This document shows, piece by piece, positions 58,341 to 64,000 of a DNA stretch of 64,000 nucleotides. A program made the translations under genes and the position numbers. The stretch is from Polyangiaceae bacterium (GTDB taxonomy: Bacteria > Myxococcota_A > Polyangia > Polyangiales > Polyangiaceae): NCBI GenBank assembly GCA_965222375.1, contig CBDCTZ010000016.1, positions 1,856,001-1,920,000 of the forward strand, written 5' to 3'. The notes beneath the pieces are model-generated. The model had not been told where the DNA came from and ran no database searches. It was given only the letters and a program-made list of their open reading frames with translations. Each line of letters begins with the position of its first letter. Positions within the stretch are counted from its first letter, which is position 1.

Positions 58341-58888
58341 ATGGTGGTGAGCGACAAACCCCAGCTCGCGGCTGGAGCCGGTGGCGTGAAGGTCACCTTC
58401 GACCGACAGCTTCACGCAGAGACCCGCGCGGAGATCGTTCGCGCTTTCAAGCGATTGAAAGCGGTCAAGCTCATCAAGGCCCCACTCTTTCGGCTTGTCG
58501 TCACCGAGAAGCGAGAGCCAGTTCTCGAGGCGCTGGGCTCGAGTCGGGGCGCAAACACGAATTTCCCGTTCGCCTTGCGGTCGGCAAAGGCAAGGCGAGC
58601 TTGGGCAAGAGTCCAATGCGTCCGGGGTCCGTACTGTGTGCCTTCATCGTACCGCTGAAAGGCAAGCTGCCAGATCTCCACTATCAAGTCACGGTGCCCG
58701 ACGGCATGGCCGATGGCCCCCAGAAGAAGTTGCTCGAAACACTCTCGAAAGTACCCGGCACCGCCGAGTACGAGATTGTCGGAGCAAACGCCGAGCTAAC
58801 CGCCTTGTCCAAACGCATGGAGTTTTTTTCGCCCGGTGACGCCACCTTCGTCTTCGACGAGAAATCGGACCTCGGCTTGCCTACCTAG
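58341..58888 (+). pseudogene. Frameshifted hypothetical protein
   Basis: MVVSDKP...PVLEALG continues in another frame as LESGRKHEFPVRLAV...DLGLPT* (shift ~58535). Confidence 0.5.
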
Positions 58889-58922
58889 TTCGTTTGACGT
58901 GGACGAGTGCGAGGGCAAAGTG

Positions 58923-59241
58923 ATGAAAAAAGCAAGCGACACCTTCTTCGTCAACGTTCTATTTCCAAACCTCGCCGCCGCCATCGGCGGCCACCGATTC
59001 GAGGATGTGCGTGAGAAAAGTCATGGACGCGCGCGTCGCCTACGAGGAGCACCGAGCCGAACACGCGAATCGTGCAGAGCGGTTGCGGTTTCGGGGCAAT
59101 GACGATCAGCCCTATCCGATGCAGCTGGCGTTTGCCACCATCCAGGCGGCTGGCTGTCAGGCATGTGCCGTCGTCGAGACGTACCGAGGTCGCGTGAGTG
59201 ACGAGTTCTTCGAGCAGGCGCTGGATCACGTGCGAGGTTGA
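58923..59241 (+). pseudogene. Frameshifted hypothetical protein
   Basis: MKKASDTFF...FEDVREK then KVMDARVAYEEH...DHVRG* in another frame, at the AAAA run near 59016. Confidence 0.45.
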
Positions 59242-59347
59242 TTTGTTGTAGCGTTCCGGCGCCCGGGCCCGTCGCAGCGGACTTGAACAAGTCGTGCACG
59301 CGAAGCTGCCTTGCGTGGCACATGGGGCGGCTGGGCCGCCGTCCACA

Positions 59348-59659
59348 TCAGTGCATGGCTTGCCGTCGCTGCGCCTCTTCATTCCTTCGCATCTGCATCA
59401 CCACACCAGCGGCACCAGCGCCTGCTCCGGCGGCGGTTGCCATCATCAGATTCTTCTTGGACGCTGACTGGCCCGGCACCGAGCAGACGCAGCCGCTGGT
59501 GTATTCGCCCATGTACACCATGCCTGCGACCTCCATGCCCTGCGACGAGCACTTGGCGTCGCAGCCCTTGCGGCCGTTTTCTATGTGTGGGCTTCCCGTG
59601 AAACTGGTGGCGCAGCCGCCGAGCAAGACGAGCAATATCGGTAGTCTGAAAATCTTCAT
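59348..59659 (-). CDS. Small Cys-rich lipoprotein
   Basis: MKIFRLPILLVLLGGC; C...C...G.....V......CVC; ATGA overlap. Confidence 0.75.
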   Translation of the reverse strand: MKIFRLPILLVLLGGCATSFTGSPHIENGRKGCDAKCSSQGMEVAGMVYMGEYTSGCVCSVPGQSASKKNLMMATAAGAGAGAAGVVMQMRRNEEAQRRQAMH

Positions 59660-60324
59660 TGTTGTGTTCCCAAAGGTTCCGTCCAGGTGGTCGATGCGCC
59701 TTTTTGAATGGCGCCACGTTGTGCGTCGTACATTAGAATCCCACCGGTGATCGTGATCGCCGCTCCGCCGCCCGCGATGAGGATCCCCGTTGTTCGTGTG
59801 TCTTCGGAATCGCTCGCCAGAGCAACACCGCCAGCAATGGCCGCGACACCCAAGACCGTCAGCAATGTCGGTAACACGGGGATCCACGTGGGCTCCTCGA
59901 ACTTGCCAGGTGCGCGCAGGTAGTAGTTTAGGCCCTCGCGGACTTCCAACATGTCCGTGTCGCTCTGGTCGTAGGAGCCATCGGCGCTGGTCATGAACAG
60001 CTTGTAGCGACCGATGGGAAGGTCCGTGACGCAAGGAGTGGTGCACAGCTCGCCGGTGCGGTTTGGCGGGACGGGGTGGCCCGGTGGAACGAAGGCCGTG
60101 TCCGAACGTGCAGTGATCTTGAGGGAGTCATCTGTGCTGTCCAACACAACTCGCGCATGGTGGGGAGCGACCGGTGCGGCGGGGAGTTGCACGTTTGGCG
60201 CAACTCGCGGCGGCGGGCTGCGCGGTTCGAGAACCTTGGGCTCTCCGCGGCATCCGCTCAACAACGAGGTGACCGCCAGGCTCAGAGCACTGATTCTGAG
60301 CGGCCCCCAGGATCGGACTGGCAT
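59656..60324 (-). CDS. Lipoprotein with PEGA-like domain and C-terminal hydrophobic hairpin
   Basis: LSGC; LCTTPCV.DLP.G.Y. Confidence 0.7.
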   Translation of the reverse strand: MPVRSWGPLRISALSLAVTSLLSGCRGEPKVLEPRSPPPRVAPNVQLPAAPVAPHHARVVLDSTDDSLKITARSDTAFVPPGHPVPPNRTGELCTTPCVTDLPIGRYKLFMTSADGSYDQSDTDMLEVREGLNYYLRAPGKFEEPTWIPVLPTLLTVLGVAAIAGGVALASDSEDTRTTGILIAGGGAAITITGGILMYDAQRGAIQKGASTTWTEPLGTQQ

Positions 60325-60405
60325 GAGCTACGTCGATACACCGCGCGGCGTTGGAACGAAATGGCAAGCAAACCGCTGGCGCTCGGAGTCGCCAGAGCCT
60401 CGCGT

Positions 60406-60429
60406 GTTTTGGAATATCTATTCTAAAAC
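60406..60429. promoter_or_regulatory. AT-rich inverted repeat (candidate operator)
   Basis: GTTTTGGAATA-TC-TATTCTAAAAC, arms match at 10/11. Confidence 0.45.
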
Positions 60430-60550
60430 TGTGGAACAGGAACTCACGGATGTAGCTCGAGCACCACCCTTGAGGGATGCAGTACCCGTCAGCTCGGACC
60501 GACGCGAGAGCAGCCGTGGCCCGGTGCCCCCGCAAGGCCTGATGTGAGAC

Positions 60551-60591
60551 TAGTGGCCCAGCGATGCCCCACTCCCGCGACCCCAAACCCA
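60551..60591 (+). repeat. Dispersed bipartite intergenic motif, copy 4
   Basis: TAGTGGCCCA-N17-CGACCCCAAACCCA. Confidence 0.65.
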
Positions 60592-60765
60592 AAGAAACCC
60601 ACATGGATGCGTGACGTGGCGGGTCGCATGCGACGGAGGATCCCGCGGTTTCTGTAGCGCGTCAGGATCGAGCAACAAGCCTTAACCATACGTAATTATT
60701 AGCAATTTGTAGTGTGCTCCGAGATGCGGAAAGGTGCGGCACTGTCGTTGCACAGGGGGAGGGGT

Positions 60766-62457
60766 ATGACACTCCGCATCGCGCCCGCGTCCGGGCCCCG
60801 GCCGCGTCCGTGGCTTCGGATCCCCCTGGTGGGCATCGCCGCGCTGGCCGCTGCTTGCGCTGGAACCATCGTCGAGCCGGACGAGAATGGCATCGGGCCT
60901 GGAAGTAGCGGCAAAGAGCCAGGCGGCGGTAGTGGCATGAGCGCGCAGGCGCTGTGCGTGGATAGCTCCAAGGTTGATGTGGGGCGCGCGCCGCTGCGTC
61001 GGCTGACTCGCCTCGAGTACGACAACATCATTCGCGATCTGCTGGGCGACACCTCTGGCGCGGGCCAAGCGTTTTCGCCGGACGAGGCCGTGGCGGGTTT
61101 TGACGCGAACGCTGTTGCTGCGGTGTCTCAATTGCAGACCGAAGACTACTTGGCGGCGGCAGAGACTCTCGCTGCGAAGGCCGTCAACGACAACCTGAGC
61201 AAGCTGACCAATTGCGACATCAAGGACGCTGCCTGCGGCACGTCCTTCATCGAGAGCTTTGGTCGCCGGGCGTTCCGGCGCCCCCTCGACCAAGACGAGA
61301 AAGACACCTACGGCCAGCTCTACACGTCGGCCAAGAGTCAGTGGGGAGCGACCAAGGCGGTGGAACTCGTAGTCCAAGCCTTCCTGGCGTCGCCGTCGTT
61401 CCTGTACTTGGTCGAAGAGACGGAAGCGCCGGCTCCGGGCGAGAAAGTCGCTCGGGTGACCCCCTTCACGGTGGCGTCACGTATCTCCTTCTTCCTGTGG
61501 GCCTCGGGACCCGACGACACGCTGCTCGACGCCGCGGAAGCCGGCAAGCTCGACCGTGTCGAGGACATCAAAGCCCAGGCGCGCCGCATGCTGGATGACC
61601 CCCGCGCCGCGGAAACCGTGGCATCTTTTCACGAGCAGTGGCTCGGGGTGGCGCACCTGGATGAAGCGTCCAAGGACACTTCGATCTTTCCGGAATGGAA
61701 CGACAAGCTCAAGGCCAGCATGCGCGAGGAAACGCGACGCTTCGTCGAGAGCGTGGTGCTCTCCGGGGACGGCAAGCTGGATACGCTGCTGACCTCCAAC
61801 GAGAGCTACATCGATGGCCCCCTGGCGAAGGTGTATGGCGTGCAGGCTCCCGCGAACGCCTTCGACAAGGTGACCTTCGACGCGAGCGAGCGCTCTGGCG
61901 TGCTGACCCACGCCAGCCTGATGGCGGCACACTCGGGCGCTAGCGAAACTAGCTGGGTGCATCGCGGCAAGATGATTCGGGAGCAGTTCTTGTGCGATCC
62001 GGTGACGCCGCCGCCAGCGAACGTGGAATCCAATACGATTCAGGATCCGGGTCGCCTAACGGATCCCTCTTGCTCTGGTTGCCACAAGAAGATGGATCCC
62101 ATTGGGATTGGTTTTGACGCCTACAGTCCTATCGGCGCGCTTCGCTTCACGGACGAAAGCGGCAAGTCCGTGTCGGAGCTGGGCGAGATCTTCGAAACCG
62201 AGGCGGAGGTGGACGTGGTTGGCACCTTCGAAGGTCCGGTCGAACTGGCGCAGAAGCTCGCTTCGAGTGAGGCCGTCGGCAAATGCGTGGCGGTGCAGTG
62301 GTTCCGCTACGCCAATCGACGTCTGGAAACCGCCGCCGATGCATGCAGCGTGGCCAAAGTGCAAGACGACTTCACGGCCTCTGGCGGTGACATCCGCGAG
62401 CTCTTGGTCTCCATCACCGCAACGGACGCGTTCCGTTACCGCGCGATCACCGAGTAA
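60766..62457 (+). CDS. DUF1587/DUF1595/DUF1592/DUF1588/DUF1585 domain protein
   Basis: LRRLTR.EY.N.IRDL, RAFRRPL, L.SP.FLY, ASR.SFFLW...PD, TS.V.RG, CSGCH..MDP.G. Confidence 0.9.
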   Translation: MTLRIAPASGPRPRPWLRIPLVGIAALAAACAGTIVEPDENGIGPGSSGKEPGGGSGMSAQALCVDSSKVDVGRAPLRRLTRLEYDNIIRDLLGDTSGAGQAFSPDEAVAGFDANAVAAVSQLQTEDYLAAAETLAAKAVNDNLSKLTNCDIKDAACGTSFIESFGRRAFRRPLDQDEKDTYGQLYTSAKSQWGATKAVELVVQAFLASPSFLYLVEETEAPAPGEKVARVTPFTVASRISFFLWASGPDDTLLDAAEAGKLDRVEDIKAQARRMLDDPRAAETVASFHEQWLGVAHLDEASKDTSIFPEWNDKLKASMREETRRFVESVVLSGDGKLDTLLTSNESYIDGPLAKVYGVQAPANAFDKVTFDASERSGVLTHASLMAAHSGASETSWVHRGKMIREQFLCDPVTPPPANVESNTIQDPGRLTDPSCSGCHKKMDPIGIGFDAYSPIGALRFTDESGKSVSELGEIFETEAEVDVVGTFEGPVELAQKLASSEAVGKCVAVQWFRYANRRLETAADACSVAKVQDDFTASGGDIRELLVSITATDAFRYRAITE

Positions 62458-62465
62458 GGAAGAAG

Positions 62466-63791
62466 ATGACCCAGTTTTCCCGCCGTCGTTTGCTGCAAGG
62501 CCTTGGAGCCGGAGCCGCGCTCTCACTGCCCTTCCTGCGCTCTACACCCAGCATGGCTGCTGGCACGACGCCGCCGAAGCGCTTCGCCGTGTTCTTCAGT
62601 GCCAACGAGCCCATCAACAAGACCTTTTGGGACCCCGGTGTCAGCAGCGGCGCCGCTCTGCCGAGCAAGCTGCCCGACATGATGTCGCCCCTCGAGCCCT
62701 ACCTCTCGAAGATCAACATCATCGGGGATCTCAAACTCAAGACCCGCGACGTCGACCCACACAAAGGTGGCCATACGGGCATCGGGCACACTCTGACCGG
62801 ACGCATCAACTCGCCGTTTCCGAACGCCAGCTCCGAAGGTCAGTACTGGGCTGGCGGCATATCCCTCGATCAGTACTTGGCTCAGAAGATGGGCGTGGAA
62901 GCCCTCACCCTCGGCGCCATGCCCGGTGGCGGATCAAGCGGCGCATCGCGGATCAGCTCCCTGGGCAAAGATCAGCCTGTGCATCCCATCGACGACCCCA
63001 AGAAAGCTTTCGACAAGCTTTTCGCCAACTTCAACCTGAGTGAGGCCGAAGCGACCAAGCTGCTGGCTCAGAAGAAGAGCGTACTGGACGTCGTGGCAAA
63101 GGACATCGCGCGTCTGAAGACACGCCTGCCCAGCTCGGACCGAGAGAAGATCGACATTCACCTCGGGCACATTCAGGCCATCGAGACCAAGCTCGGCGAG
63201 GTGAGCCAGGTCACCTGCTCGCCCCAGAACCCGAACTACCCCGGAGGCTACGAATTCAAGAAGAACGAATGGTTGCCGACGACGGCGCGGCTGCAGATGG
63301 ACATCTTGGCCCAAGCCCTGGCCTGCGGCTTGACCAATGTGGCCACCTTCCAGCTCGGCAACAGCGGTTCGAGTCAAATCACGCCGATGTGGCCTGACGA
63401 GAACATGAGCGTGAACAACAGCTATCACAACGTTGCTCACGACTGGAACAAGAAGACCTCGGGCAAGGCCGACCGCACCGCCATCGAGAAATGGAACTTC
63501 AAGATGTTCGCCTACATGCTGGAGAAGCTCGACGCGATCCCCGAGGGCAACGGCACCGTGCTGGACAACACCGTCGTGCTCTATGCGAAACCGATCGGGA
63601 CGAAGCACAGCCCTTACCCCATGCTTTACATCTTGGCTGGGAAGGCCGGTGGTGCGCTTCAGACAGGTCGCTACCTGTCCTTCGATCAAACCCCGCACAA
63701 CAACCTGCTCACCAGCATTTGCAACTTGATGGGCTACGACGACAAGAAGTTCGGCGACCCGAACATCTGCACTGGCGCGCTTGCGCTGTGA
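62466..63791 (+). CDS. DUF1552 domain protein (Tat signal)
   Basis: SRRRLLQGLG...LPFL, SLDQ.LA, DP...F..LF, SVLD, H..AH, EG.GTVLDNT. Confidence 0.9.
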   Translation: MTQFSRRRLLQGLGAGAALSLPFLRSTPSMAAGTTPPKRFAVFFSANEPINKTFWDPGVSSGAALPSKLPDMMSPLEPYLSKINIIGDLKLKTRDVDPHKGGHTGIGHTLTGRINSPFPNASSEGQYWAGGISLDQYLAQKMGVEALTLGAMPGGGSSGASRISSLGKDQPVHPIDDPKKAFDKLFANFNLSEAEATKLLAQKKSVLDVVAKDIARLKTRLPSSDREKIDIHLGHIQAIETKLGEVSQVTCSPQNPNYPGGYEFKKNEWLPTTARLQMDILAQALACGLTNVATFQLGNSGSSQITPMWPDENMSVNNSYHNVAHDWNKKTSGKADRTAIEKWNFKMFAYMLEKLDAIPEGNGTVLDNTVVLYAKPIGTKHSPYPMLYILAGKAGGALQTGRYLSFDQTPHNNLLTSICNLMGYDDKKFGDPNICTGALAL

Positions 63792-64000
63792 TTCCTGAGG
63801 TACGCAGGAGGGCGCCAACGCCGACTGGCCATGCGGTGCGCGCGGTTGGCGCAAGATGTCTGTGCGTACGTGTGGCGCAGTGCCCACCTAATTGCGGTCT
63901 GTAGACTACAATCTGGTGTCGTCTCTAGACTGCGTTCGAGTCGCAACGGCCTGCCGGAACAGCCCCCTTGAAATTGGCTTAGAGTTTGCGTAGGTTCCCG

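Overview
High-GC window whose gene content (many Gly/Cys-rich lipoproteins, Ser/Thr kinase-PEGA-TPR module, ECF sigma/anti-sigma, DUF1592/DUF1552 pair, MJ0042 zinc-ribbon/TPR protein) points to a myxobacterium, probably Polyangiaceae-like (inference). Housekeeping content: a heme-copper cytochrome c oxidase operon, trpF, sppA, sspB, glcD-like oxidase, orn, yhbY, a universal stress protein and tRNA-Ser(GCT). The most unusual region is 28.4-32.7 kb. It holds a small-partner/nucleotidyltransferase pair, then tRNA-Ser flanked by degenerate copies of its own 3' half carrying a hairpin insert at the T-loop. After that comes an HNH endonuclease gene bracketed by ~195-bp imperfect inverted repeats, each containing a different 33-nt variable segment, with a 3x ~50-nt tandem repeat inside. 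Other signals: a bipartite intergenic motif (TAGYGGCCCA-N16-18-CGACCC..AAMC) in four copies, an A1-type oxidase subunit I lacking the canonical K-channel Thr/Lys, an unannotated 39-aa membrane peptide in the oxidase operon, and a duplicated candidate ECF promoter. Several genes are frameshifted, from either decay or assembly indels. All family calls come from reading motifs by eye; no searches were run.
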